Notes under the pieces: model-generated
Database searches by the model: none
What the model was told of the DNA's origin: nothing
The model's input: only the letters and a program-made list of their open reading frames with translations
Source: Alphaproteobacteria bacterium
GTDB taxonomy: Bacteria > Pseudomonadota > Alphaproteobacteria > SHVV01
Length of the DNA: 64,000 nucleotides
NCBI GenBank assembly: GCA_965261735.1
Contig: OZ253470.1
Location: 4,288,001-4,352,000, forward strand
Reading direction: 5' to 3'
Program-made: the position numbers and the translations under genes
Part shown: positions 1-10,440 of the stretch, one piece after another
How the letters are laid out: each line of letters begins with the position of its first letter
Position numbering within the stretch: the stretch's first letter is position 1

Positions 1-2
1 CC

Positions 3-878
3 TTCGGCACCAAGGAGCAGTGCCGCGCGGCGCTGGTCCGGCTGCGCTGGCCGGGCGGCTTCGTCTGCCCCTGCTGCGGCCATCGGGAGCATTGCGTGTT
101 GGCGGGTCGGGGTCTCTATCAATGCAACCGGTGCAAGAAGCAGACATCGCCCACGGCGGGCACGATCTTCCACGCGACCAAGCTGCCGCTGACAGTCTGG
201 TTTGCCGCCATCCACCTGATCGTGACGGCGAAGAACGGCATCTCGTCGGTGGAACTCGGCCGCCGTCTCGGGGTCAAGCAGCCGACGGCCTGGGCCGTGA
301 AGCACAAGATCATGGCGGTGATGGCGCGGCGCGAGGGGGAGACGGCGCTTACGGGGCGGGTCGAGATGGACGACGCCTATCTCGGCGGGGTGCGCTCCGG
401 CGGCAAGCGGGGCCGCGGCGCGGCGGGCAAAACGCCCTTCGTGGCGGCGGTCTCGACCAGTCCCGAGGGGCGCCCGCGCAAGCTGAAGCTGGCGTCGGTC
501 AAGGGCTTCCGCAAGCGCGAGATCGCGCGCGGCGCCAAGCACTGGCTGGCCCCCGGAGCGGCGGTTGTGACGGACGGCCTGGGCTGCTGGAGCGCACTCG
601 AAGAAGCCGCCTGCAGCCACCAGGCGATCCGCACCGGGTCGGGCCGCCAGGCGGCCCGCATGGCATCGTTCAAATGGGTGAACACGACGCTCGGCAACAT
701 CAAAAGCGCGATCACCGGGACTTATCGCAAGCTCGGCCCCGACCATGCCGGACGCTATCTCGCCAGCTTCGCCTGGCGCTACAACCGGCGCTATCAACTC
801 CAGACAATGATCCCGCGTTTCGTCCATAGCGCCGCACGAAACCAGCCCATGCCCTATCGCCTCCTCATCGCCGGATGA
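3..878 (+). CDS. IS1595-family transposase (5' end lies outside the window)
   Basis: Frame is open from base 3 (FGTKEQCRAAL..RWPGGFVCPCCG); CxxC zinc ribbon, SPTAGTIFHATKLPL, VEMDD, TDG and RYNRR motifs. Confidence 0.9.
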   Translation, partial: FGTKEQCRAALVRLRWPGGFVCPCCGHREHCVLAGRGLYQCNRCKKQTSPTAGTIFHATKLPLTVWFAAIHLIVTAKNGISSVELGRRLGVKQPTAWAVKHKIMAVMARREGETALTGRVEMDDAYLGGVRSGGKRGRGAAGKTPFVAAVSTSPEGRPRKLKLASVKGFRKREIARGAKHWLAPGAAVVTDGLGCWSALEEAACSHQAIRTGSGRQAARMASFKWVNTTLGNIKSAITGTYRKLGPDHAGRYLASFAWRYNRRYQLQTMIPRFVHSAARNQPMPYRLLIAG

Positions 879-1062
879 CTTTCAGGGATGGGCAGGTAAG
901 AATTTGACGCCTCGGACTCTAACGATTTCACTATGTTAGTACGCCGATCGGCGCTGAATACGTACGCCGAATAACACTCGGGTTCCCGGAGCGTCGGGCC
1001 AGCCGGGGCGGGCCGCGGGGGAGCGGAGACGCCGCAACCGTACGGCGCCTCCGCGACCGAGG

Positions 1063-2100
1063 CTAGTTGAGGTGGAAGATGCCCTCGTCGGGGACCTTCT
1101 CGATGATCCCGAGGTCCTTGTAGATTTGGAACTCGGCCATGAATATGTCCTTGAGGTCCTTGGCCGGCACGGCAAACCAGCGCATCGTGCGTCCGGCGAA
1201 GCCATCCTTGTACATCGAGCGCACGACGTGCTCCTTGAGGCTGGCCCCGCCCGAGCCTTGGGCGCCCGTGATCTTGGTCTTGGGACCGAGGATCTTGATG
1301 GCTTCCTCGATGTCGTTGTCGAGCAGGGCCTGAGCCTCCCTAACGGACTGCAGCACGCCCTTCACGACCTGCGGGTTCTTATCGATGAAATCGGCGCGCA
1401 TGGCGGTCGCCTGATACATGCGGCCACGGCCGAGGATTTTGGCCACCTCGTCGTCGGGGAAGAACAGCACCCGGAACTTGCCGGGAGCCTTGCTGAAGAG
1501 GTCGATCGTCTGTCCGGTCAGCACTGTGGCGGCATCGTAGTCGCCGCGCTCGAGCAAGTTGATGGCCTGGATGATGTTGAGGTTGATGACCTTGACGTCC
1601 TTGTCGATATCCAGCCCATGGTGCTTGAGCACCAGCGTCAGGTAGGCCCAGATATACGAGACCTTGGGGAAGCCGACGGTCTTGCCGCGGAGGTCCGAGA
1701 TCTTGTTGATGCCGCTGTCGGCCCGCACCACCACGGGCCATGGGTAGGCCGCGCTGCCGCTGACGATACGGATCGGCACGCCCTTGTTGTACTGTTTCGC
1801 CATGACGTCGAGGCCCGAGAACAGGATGCCGTTGTAGACGCCGGTGAAGAGGTCGTTATAGAACGCGGCGCCCGTGGTGCGGATCTGCCAGTCCAGCGAG
1901 TACCCGTTCTTTTTGTCGTAGCCCTTGGCGAGAATGATCGCGAGGGGGTGCGCACTGACAGAGGGTCCGGGAAAGCTCCCCGAACTGTAGGAAGTCTGGG
2001 CTTGGGCGACCGACGCCCCGAGGACCGCCGCGACGAGCGCGCCAATCCCGCCGAGCACCGCCGAACGCAGCCTCGGCGCACGTCCCGTTCTGTTAAACAT
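1063..2100 (-). CDS. ABC transporter substrate-binding protein, SsuA/NMT1/THI5-like
   Basis: Signal peptide ending AQA; VVRADSGINKISDLRGKTVG motif; GGGAGG RBS upstream; no permease or ATPase adjacent. Confidence 0.8.
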   Translation of the reverse strand: MFNRTGRAPRLRSAVLGGIGALVAAVLGASVAQAQTSYSSGSFPGPSVSAHPLAIILAKGYDKKNGYSLDWQIRTTGAAFYNDLFTGVYNGILFSGLDVMAKQYNKGVPIRIVSGSAAYPWPVVVRADSGINKISDLRGKTVGFPKVSYIWAYLTLVLKHHGLDIDKDVKVINLNIIQAINLLERGDYDAATVLTGQTIDLFSKAPGKFRVLFFPDDEVAKILGRGRMYQATAMRADFIDKNPQVVKGVLQSVREAQALLDNDIEEAIKILGPKTKITGAQGSGGASLKEHVVRSMYKDGFAGRTMRWFAVPAKDLKDIFMAEFQIYKDLGIIEKVPDEGIFHLN

Positions 2101-2207
2101 AGGTACCCTCCCTATCCCGTGGAATTATTAGAAAAGAGTATGACGCGTGGCATCATGCTACAGCGACACTGCGATGCGCAACCGTGCGGCGGACCGTGCC
2201 AGCGCAC

Positions 2208-3290
2208 CTAGTGGATTGATTCCAACGTTTGGAACCCTCTGTTTCGTGCGGCGATGATATGATCGGGGTCGGCTTTCCAGATGAAGGGTTTTGGGTTTGC
2301 GTCATTGTATTCGCGGACAAATCGGTTGATGGCGTCCTGAAGGTCGACGACGGATTGGAAGACGCCGTATTTGAGCCTGCGCCGCGTTAGTTTGGCGAAG
2401 AAGCCCTCGACGGCATTGAGCCACGAGCACGAGGTTGGCGTGAAGTGGAAGGTCCAGCGTGGATGGCGGGCGAGCCAGGCGCGGACCTTGTCCTTCTTGT
2501 GCGCGGCGTAGTTGTCGAGGATGACGTGGACGGCCTTGTCCGTCGGCACCTCGCGCTCGATGCGGTTGAGGAAGCGGATGAACTCCTGATGGCGGTGGCG
2601 CTGCATGTTCTGTGCGATGACCGTACCGTCCAGCACGTTGAGCGCGGCGAACAGCGTCGTCGTGCCATGCCGTTTGTAATCATAGGTCATCGTACCGGCG
2701 CGGCCCTTCTTCATCGGCAAGCCGGGTTGGGTGCGGTCGAGCGCCTGGATCTGTGATTTCTCATCAACCGACAGCACCACGGCATGGGCCGGCGGATCGA
2801 CATACAAGCCGACGATATCTGTGAGCTTCTCGGCGAAGGCGGGATCATTGGAGAGCTTGAAGTGCCGCCAGCGGTGCGGGCTGAGGCCATGGGCCTTCCA
2901 GATCGCTTGGACCGTCGACGCCGCGACGCCAGCAACCTTCGCCATCGCGCGCAGCGTCCAGTGGGTCGCCTCGTGCGGCGGCGCTTGCTGGGTCAGGCGG
3001 ACGATCTCGGCGACGCGCTCCGGCGGGATCGGCGCTTTGCCAGGCGGACGGGACCTGTCGCGAAGCAAGCCGTTGACACCCTCGTGCATGAACCGCTCCT
3101 GCCAGCGCCAGACACAGGTCTTGGACTTGCCGGTCTCGGCCATGATCGACGAGTTCCCGAGCCCCTCGTCGCTCTTCAGGATGATCCGCGCCCGCCAGAC
3201 ATGTTTCTGCGAGCTCTTCGGGTCCGCGACGATAGCTTGCAATCGCTGACGGTCGCCAGACGTGACAGTAAAATGGATGCCGGTGCGCAT
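2208..3290 (-). CDS. IS630 transposase
   Basis: VDEKSQIQALDR, YKRHGTT, ILDNYAAHK and SWLNAVEGFF motifs; likely start MRTGIHF at 3290. Confidence 0.92.
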   Translation of the reverse strand: MRTGIHFTVTSGDRQRLQAIVADPKSSQKHVWRARIILKSDEGLGNSSIMAETGKSKTCVWRWQERFMHEGVNGLLRDRSRPPGKAPIPPERVAEIVRLTQQAPPHEATHWTLRAMAKVAGVAASTVQAIWKAHGLSPHRWRHFKLSNDPAFAEKLTDIVGLYVDPPAHAVVLSVDEKSQIQALDRTQPGLPMKKGRAGTMTYDYKRHGTTTLFAALNVLDGTVIAQNMQRHRHQEFIRFLNRIEREVPTDKAVHVILDNYAAHKKDKVRAWLARHPRWTFHFTPTSCSWLNAVEGFFAKLTRRRLKYGVFQSVVDLQDAINRFVREYNDANPKPFIWKADPDHIIAARNRGFQTLESIH

Positions 3291-3362
3291 AGCACAGACT
3301 CGCATGACACCGCACAATACGGAATCTCAAATCGGACTCTTTCGTTCCGATCAATCCACTAG
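2208..3362 (-). mobile_element. Complete IS630-family element
   Basis: Terminal IR CTAGTGGATTGAT / ATCAATCCACTAG, with CTAG (TA target) at both ends. Confidence 0.9.
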
Positions 3363-3392
3363 GATCGATCGCGGGACCGCTCCAGCGCCCCC

Positions 3393-4022
3393 CTATCGCG
3401 CCTCGGAGGCCGTGCGCTCGGTATCGGCGCGGGGCGGCCAGATGAGCGGGAACTGGTCGTGATCGGGGGGAAAGGGATCGCCGGGCTTGAGGCCGGGGTC
3501 GCGCAGCGGTTTCGGCCGCCCCGGGCCGCGCTCGGCGTAGGTCGCGTCGTCGCCCGCGAAACGATAGATGATGGCGCGCCGCCGCCGGTCGCTTTGGTTG
3601 CCGGGCGCCGAGTGAATCGTGAGCAGATGGTTGACGATGCAATCGCCCGGCTCGGTGTCGAAGCCGACGATCCGGTACTGGTCGCGGGCCGCATCGAAGT
3701 CGGGCATCGGGTCGAAACCGTCGCTCAGCTCGTAGGCGTCGGAGCCATCGAAGGGCGCCGCCTCGAACCAGCGTCCCCATTTGTGCGAGCCCGTGACCCA
3801 CTCTACGGCGCCGCTCTCCGCGGTGGCGGTGTCGAGCGAGAGCCACATACCGCAGGCCTGGGAGCCGTCGTACCAGTTGTAGGGTTGGTCGTGGTGCCAC
3901 GGCGTCAGCGAGGGCGTGTGCGGCTCTTTGACCAGGATCAGGTCCGCCATCAGGTTGATGCGCGCCGAGCGCATACAGGCGGCGGCGATGGCGCCGCTCG
4001 GTGACTCGAGGGCGAGCGCCCG
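3393..4022 (-). pseudogene. Phytanoyl-CoA dioxygenase (PhyH) family protein, 5'-truncated
   Basis: TPWHHDQPY...IHSAPGN HxD..H triad; upstream of about 4022 the sequence switches to a DUF3489 remnant on the other strand. Confidence 0.8.
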
Positions 4023-4023
4023 G

Positions 4024-4232
4024 AGCCGGGGACCACGAAGCTCGCTCTTCTCGTCGCCCATCTCAGTGCCCCGGGCGGCGCGACCATCGCCGAACTCTGT
4101 AAGGCAACGGGCTGGCAGCCCCATTCGGTTCGAGGCGGGCTCGCCGGTGCGCTGCGACGCAAGGGCCACGTCATCCGGTCCGAGAAAGAAGGGGGCCAGC
4201 GGCGCTACCGCATCGAGGAACCGGTGACATGA
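4024..4232 (+). pseudogene. DUF3489-like HTH protein, 5'-truncated and degraded
   Basis: Near-identical to the 3' part of 62518-62814 (GGATIAELCKATGWQPHSVRGGLAG). Confidence 0.75.
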
Positions 4233-4642
4233 CCGGCGAGGCGCCGCTTGCGGACGAGATCGAGGCGCTCACGCCCCTTGGTCTCGAAGGGCTTCGAGAG
4301 GTTTGGCGCAACCGCTACGGTGTCCCGCCGAAGCTGCGCTCGGCTGCGCTGTTGCGTCATTGTCTGGCCTGGCGGCTGCAGGCAGAGGCTCTCGGCGGTC
4401 TCGATCGTGACACACGGCGCAAGCTCAAGCGCCGCCAGCGGGTCCAGGCAGAAGGTCTTGAGCTCGGGATCGGGACCACGCTGCAGCGCGAATGGCAAGG
4501 GCAGATAGTCCAGGTCACGGTCGAAGAAGAGGGGTTTCGCCACGGGGGTCAACTCTTCAAGAGCCTCTCCGCGGCCGCGACCGCGATCGCGGGCACGCGT
4601 TGGAATGGCCCGCGCTTCTTCGGCCTCCGATCCGCCAAATGA
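4229..4642 (+). CDS. DUF2924 family protein
   Basis: [23 protein letters not shown] and [24 protein letters not shown] motifs; overlaps the recombinase start (ATGA). Confidence 0.85.
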   Translation: MTGEAPLADEIEALTPLGLEGLREVWRNRYGVPPKLRSAALLRHCLAWRLQAEALGGLDRDTRRKLKRRQRVQAEGLELGIGTTLQREWQGQIVQVTVEEEGFRHGGQLFKSLSAAATAIAGTRWNGPRFFGLRSAK

Positions 4643-5337
4643 GCCAACCCCGTCTCCACTGTGCCCTCTATACGAGGAAGAGTAGCGAGGAAGGCCTCGA
4701 GCAGGCGTTCAACTCCCTCGATGCGCAGCGCGAAGCCTGCGCGGCGTATGTGAAGAGCCAGGCCGGCGAAGGTTGGAGAGCAGTTCGGGCCCGCTACGAC
4801 GATGGCGGCTTCTCCGGCGCGTCCATGGAGCGCCCGGCGCTCAAGCGGCTTCTCTGCGACATCGTTGTTGTCCGCGCCGAGCTCCACGATCAGTCGCTGC
4901 ACTGCTTGCTGCCGATCGACCGGATCGTCGCGATGCGCCAGCGCCTCGAGCCGCACGAACGCCTCGAGCCGGATCCGGCCGATGCGCGTCTCGCCAGACT
5001 GCATCTGCCCCTTGTCCGGCGTCGTGGCGAGACCTGGGTTCTCAAGGGCCCAAGTGCGGGACACATGCCGGACCCTGTTCTGGTCAAGGCGCTCCGCTCC
5101 GCACACGCCATGCTGCACCACGATGATGGCGGATTGCCCGTGCTCGTCACAGCGCCGGATACGCCCTATCGCCGCCAGCTCGTTCGCCTGGCCTTTCTGG
5201 CGCCGGAGATCCAAAGAGCGATTGTTGAAGGTCGCCAATCCGCAGGCCTGACACTGGCACAGCTCCTCAAGGGCCCGATGCCGCTCGACTGGCCGCAACA
5301 GGCCGTCCGAATCGGCATTGCGGCATCGCTGGAATAG
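4639..5337 (+). pseudogene. Large serine recombinase with in-frame internal deletion
   Basis: [26 protein letters not shown]-terminus joined at about 4864 to the C-terminal LAFLAPEIQRAIVEGRQ..PLDW region; the paralogue at 63221 continues with [19 protein letters not shown]. Confidence 0.85.
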
Positions 5338-5433
5338 GGACCAGCACCCACATCCCGCTCACTCGACTACGGCAAGACGGGCCGGATTATTTCCTGTTCC
5401 CTTCATTTGCTTCCCTGATATCGACTGCCCTTC

Positions 5434-5601
5434 CCCCTGTTTTGCAGAAAAGACCCCCTGTTTTGCAGAAAAGAACCCCTGTTCTGCAGAAAAGAACCTC
5501 TGTTCTGCAGAAAAGAACCCCTGTTCTGCAGAAAAGAACCCCTGTTCTGCAGAAAAGAACCCCTGTTCTGCAGAAAAGACCCCCTGTTCTGCAGAAAAAC
5601 A
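5434..5601. repeat. Tandem repeat, 8 x 21 bp (CCCCTGTTCTGCAGAAAAGAA)
   Basis: Eight contiguous units read directly, each with the internal palindrome TTCTGCAGAA or a one-base variant; no spacers. Confidence 0.95.
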
Positions 5602-5610
5602 GGAAAGTTC

Positions 5611-5624
5611 AGAAGTCATTGATA
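5611..5624. promoter_or_regulatory. Putative IHF-binding site in an AT-rich tract
   Basis: GAAGTCATTGATA versus consensus YAANNNNTTGATW (one mismatch). Confidence 0.45.
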
Positions 5625-6099
5625 AAAAAAGATAATTTCTTCATTTTGGTCGGCAGTTCGCTACAATCTCCCTGTTTTGAGGCCGTAATCGCAAAGATTC
5701 CCTGTTGCCACCAAACTCACCCTTGCATCGCGCTCGCGGAGACCGCACGCCGCGAAGCCCGGCAATGGCCGGAAATGCTCCCGGGTTCAGGAGCTCAGAA
5801 TTCCGTTTGACCGCGAAACGGGCCCTGTTTCCCGCGGCTTGGCCGAGCTATGCGATGAAGAGACTGCTTCGCCGGGGTGGCTGGCTGTGCAGGCAGTCTC
5901 CCGCGAACTCGTCTCTGAGGCCAATTCCCTGTTTAACAGGGAAAATACAGGGAAATTTTCTCTTTTGCAGGGATTCAGAAGCTTTCCTGTGTTCAAAACA
6001 TGGCAGAAACGCTAGTGTTTTCGGTCCAATTCCCTAAACCATGTAACAGGGAATTTATTTGAACGAACAGGGATTTTGTTCGGGAGAACAGGGAATTCT

Positions 6100-6841
6100 A
6101 CTGGTCCACGGCGGCAGCCGAAACATGATCGCGCCCGGCGCCGGCGCCGGGTCGATGTGGTTCATGAGTTGGCGGGAGCCTGAGGCCGCTTGGTTGTTGC
6201 ACGGCATCTTCGACGTGCAGCCCTGTTCGAAGGACTTCGAGGCGAAGTTCGCCGACGTGGCGACCGCGTACGGGTCGCCGCTCCCACCACGGGCCCGGCA
6301 GGAGATCCTGCGGATTGCGGAACGGCTGGCACTCGTGGAAGAGCAGATCGCCCGGGTCGAGGCCGAACGTAATGCGTTCGTGCTGTCTGGAGAGGCAACC
6401 TCGATGGTGGATGCGCCCGAGGGAAGCCAAGCGCGGGCGGCGGCGAAGATCGCGGCGTTGACCCGGCTGAAGGCGATCGGTCCGAACGACGCAACCATCC
6501 TGACGCACGAGGTCTTCTACCGCGGGTTCCGCAATCGTCGCGAACTCGCGAGCTGGGTCGGTGTGACGCCAGCCCCTTGGGCGAGCGGAGACACGTACCG
6601 CGACCAGGGGATCAGCCGCGACGGTCCGGCATGGATCCGGGCACAGCTCATCCAAATGGCGTGGCGTTGGCTGCGCTATCAGCCTGATAGCGCGCTCAGC
6701 AAGTGGTTCAACGAGCGCACTGCGGGGTCCCGCGGGCGGATCCGCCGGGTGATGATCGTGGCGCTCGCCCGCAAGCTGCTCATCGCGCTCTGGCGGTTCT
6801 CCGAGACCGGTCTCGTGCCGACTAGCGCCACGCTCGTCTGA
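6100..6841 (+). pseudogene. IS110-family transposase, C-terminal half only
   Basis: FRNRRELASWVGVTPAPWASG and IVALARKLLIALWR motifs; the DEDD N-terminal domain is missing. Confidence 0.8.
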
Positions 6842-7272
6842 TCGCGAGACCGCGCTGTTCCAGACCGGTCGGACGCGGCCGGGGCTGGGCCGGGTGGCGA
6901 GTGGCCGAAGCTCTTCCAGGCTGAAACACGCTGACCGAGAGATGGTCCCCGCCTCCGGAACGCTGCACCCGCAGCAAGCGGGATCGAGGGACGGTTCCGG
7001 CGGACCGTCGCCGAAAAACCTCCCGGATGAGAGTTGGGTATGTGCACAAGCGCGACCGATGCGAAAAGCGTTCCGACCTGGCTACAAGGCAATCAACCAT
7101 CAATCCGATCAACCCAGAAAGCGAGTTCGCCATGCAGTAAACCCAACCAACTTCTCCGCTTGACTGCGTCTGCCCTCATAAGAGCGAGAGTTTGAGCCAA
7201 AGGCGGGCGAGGGCGGATGCCGAAGAGGGTGCCCCCGCCCGGTTCCGCATTCACGCAATCCCGGAGACTGAA

Positions 7273-8313
7273 ATGCACGACCCCGAACGCGATATCTCTG
7301 ACATCCCGCTGTCCCAACTCGAACTCTCGCCCGACAATGTGCGCAAGACGCCGGCGGATGATTCGGCCTTCACCGAGCTCAAGGCCTCGATCGCCGCCCA
7401 CGGGCTGCTCGAGAACCTGATTGCCCGTTCCATGGGACCCGGCGCGGATGGCCCCGGGCGCTACGCGGTGATCGCCGGCGGACGGCGGCTTGCCGCGATG
7501 CAGGCGCTGGCCGCCGAGGGCACGCTGGACGAGGACCACCCCGTGCCCTGCCGCATGATCGGAAGCATCGTGGCGGCCGAAGAGGTTTCGCTGGCCGAGA
7601 ACAGTGTCCGCGCCGCAATGCACACGGCCGATCAGGTCGAAGCCTTCCGCCGCCTGGCCGATGCGGGTAGCACGGCGGGCGCCATCGCGGCGCGCTTCGG
7701 GGTCTCGGAGCGCACCGTGGAGAAGCGGCTGCGGCTCGGCAACGCCGCACCGGTACTGCTCGAGGCCTACCGCGCGGGCGACATCGATCTGGAAACATTG
7801 ATGGCCTTTGCCGTCACCACGGATCAGGCTCGCCAAAGCACGGTCTGGGCGGCGGTGAGCCAGCAGGGCTACCGGCCCGGCGCCTGGCAGATCAAGCGCC
7901 TGCTGACCGAGGACCGGGTTCCGGCTACGTCCGCCATCGCGCGTTTCGTCGGCATCGAGGCTTACGAGGCGGCGGGCGGCCAGATCGACCGCGACCTGTT
8001 CGCCGAGGAGGACGAGCGGGGGATCTGGTTCGACGATCCCGATCTGTTGAACAAGCTCGCCATGGACAACCTACAGGCCGTGGCGAGGGAACTGGAGACG
8101 CGCGGGAAATGGGCCGAGGCGCGGCTCGACGTGGACTGGAACGCTACCGCGAGCTTTGGGCGGGTCGGCCGAGCCGACGGACGAGGAGAAGGCCGAGATC
8201 GAACGCTTGAGGACCCGCAACGACGAACTCGCCAATATGGAGGACGACGGCTGGACCGAAGAATTGGTCGAGGAAGCCGATGCCAACGAGACGCGCCTGG
8301 ACGAGATCGAGGT
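7273..8313 (+). pseudogene. ParB/RepB/Spo0J-like protein of an integrative element, frameshifted and truncated
   Basis: IPLSQLELSPDNVRK, YAVIAGGRRL, SLAEN and IAARFGVSERTVEKRLRL motifs; frame change near 8165; breaks at about 8313. Confidence 0.85.
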
Positions 8314-8314
8314 T

Positions 8315-8756
8315 CATCGACAGCGATCTCTATCTGCCCTCGATGCACTCGCAGGGCATCGATGCCATCGCCATCATCATCGATACCTCCGCCTCGCTGC
8401 CGGGCGAAACGCTGGCCCTGTTCTGGGCCGAGGTCCGCGAGATCGCCGCCGAACTGCAACCGAACAGCATCTATGTCCTTCAGGTCGACGCGGTGCTGCA
8501 GGACGCGGCCCAATATCCCGCCGGGGAACTACCGGACAGCATCACGATCAAGGGACGCGGCGGGACCGATTTCCGGCCAGGCTTCGCATGGCTCCATGAG
8601 CATGGGGTGCATCCAAGCTGCTGCCTCTACCTGACCGACATGGAATGTGACAGCTACCCCGAGGCCGCGCCCCCATATCCTGTGGCTTGGGTCGTTTGGG
8701 GCGGCGATCGATACCGCCAGCCCTGGGGCGAGCGCATCGACATCGGACCAGCCTGA
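8315..8756 (+). pseudogene. VWA-like C-terminal domain of a DUF2201-type metallopeptidase, 5'-truncated
   Basis: LYLPS..IIDTSASL, GRGGTDFRPGF and LYLTD motifs. Confidence 0.75.
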
Positions 8757-8967
8757 TACCGCGGGCCGCGCCCGCATAATCCTTCATATCCGTGCCTCCG
8801 CCCGCAAGGAGGCGGGTTGCGCTGAGGCCGGGTGAACCGGGGCCGGGAGAGCGATGACACCGGCTTAACCGGCGGCGAACGCGCCCGCGCGTCCGCCCGT
8901 CGTCCAGCCCAATCCCACATTCCCAGCGAATGCCGATGCCTCAGGCATCCGCTCCAAGCCGGCCGCG

Positions 8968-9375
8968 TTGCTGGCTGCCGCAATCGCTCTGCTTCTCGAG
9001 CTTGAGGCAGGCCGAGCGCTTGATGCAAAGACCCTGCGCGAAGCCATGAGCGCGGCCTTCGGCGCCAGCGACGGCCAAGGCGCCTGGGTCTGGAAGGACG
9101 CCTACGAAGCGGTCGAAGCCGCAATGGTGCTGTTCATCCAGCGTTACGGCCGCCTCATGCGCCGCGAGGCGGGCGCCGGACAGGGATCCGCCGCCGCCAT
9201 GCTCGCCATGCTGGAAACCCTCGCGGCCCTGGAGCCATCCCAGACGAGGCGGTCGGAAGAACAGCTTGCCCTACAGCAGTTCTCCACCCCCTTGCCGCTC
9301 GCCTACGCCGCGCTGCAAGCCGCCGCCATCCGACCCGGCGACATCGTGCTGGAGCCCTCGGCCGGCACCGGCGGT
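8968..9375 (+). pseudogene. N-terminal fragment of a methylase/strawberry-notch-like helicase
   Basis: GAWVWKDAYEA, SQTRRSEEQ..LQQFSTPLPL, VLEPSAGTG, then an abrupt break. Confidence 0.75.
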
Positions 9376-9583
9376 CACGAAGCGCCGGTCAGTCGCGGCT
9401 ATCTTCCAGCCGTCCGTCAGGCCGGACTGATGTAAACGGCCTCTGTGACCTGGTGGGAGGGTCCGACAGGCGCTCTATATTGCAAGAGAACCTTAGTGAC
9501 AGTGCGGCGTCTCTTTTCCGTTGGTGTCTCGGCGTCTCGATTGGCGCGTCTTTACAACTCGTATGGACCAAGACTGACCGGCT

Positions 9584-10440
9584 TCACTCCTTGCGCGGCA
9601 GAAACAACATCGGCACGAAATAGGCGGTAAACAGCGTGAAGGCGACAAACCAACTGCCGGCGGTTGCCCAGAGCAGACTTAGAGCGGGCACGACCTCGAA
9701 GGCTGCGCGTGTGCAGACCGCCAGCGTAGCGAAACCGTATATCGCGACAACCCATGGTCCAGCGTGGAGGTCGCGCCCGGTATGGCCGAGAACCGCGCGG
9801 GTCATGACGGCCAGGGTCATCGTCCCGATCGCGCCGAGTGTAAGTACATGCAGCGCCAACGGCTCCATCACCCAGTCTACGAGCATCGAGGCCCCGAGAA
9901 GGCCGAGGCCCAATGCAAGCCAGAAGTAGCCGGCATGCAACACAGTCACAAGCGGCTCGGCTGCCGTCCTCCAGCCCCGCCATCGTGCCAGCCGGACGAG
10001 GTTCAATGCCCCTGCTAACGTTAGGAGAATGCCGGAAAGCGGGATAGGCGCCGATCCCACCCAGGCCGCGAGCGCAACCGCTGTCACGGCGAGCGTCGTT
10101 TGGTCGAACCGGCCCATCGGCGCTGTGATATTCGGGCCCGCTCGCCGCTCGAACCAGTTGTGCGTGAAGCTCGGAACGATGCGCCCGCCGATCAACGTTA
10201 TTAACAGCGACATGACGGCGATGGAGAGCCGAACACCCGCCTCTCCCACATGAGCCACGCCCGCCGCGGAGAGATGGAACAGCACGTTGGCGGTCAACAT
10301 CAGTATAAGCCCGGCGAGGACCGGCAGATTGCGCCAGTTGCGGCCCGCAACGATCGCGTTACCGACAAGAACCGAGAGAACTCCCAGATAGGCAAGATCG
10401 GCGACCGCCGTTGGCATTGGTCCAGACTGCGCCTCCCCAC
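9584..10440 (-). pseudogene. nnrS: NnrS family membrane protein, 5'-truncated by IS5
   Basis: GRNWRN, LIGGRIVPSFT, RLARW..EPL..LH and MTLAVMTRAVLGHTGR motifs. Confidence 0.85.

Noticed and set aside
5434-5601. CRISPR array
   Set aside because: The units are contiguous 21-mers with no unique spacers, and no cas genes are present in the window
5318-5810. ORFs with 7-aa repeats (AEKNPCS, FSAEQGF, LQKRTPV)
   Set aside because: They are by-products of the stop-free 21-bp DNA repeat, open in several frames with atypical composition
7192-8634. Single 480-aa ParB protein
   Set aside because: Homology leaves this frame near 8165; the tail is out-of-frame VWA sequence
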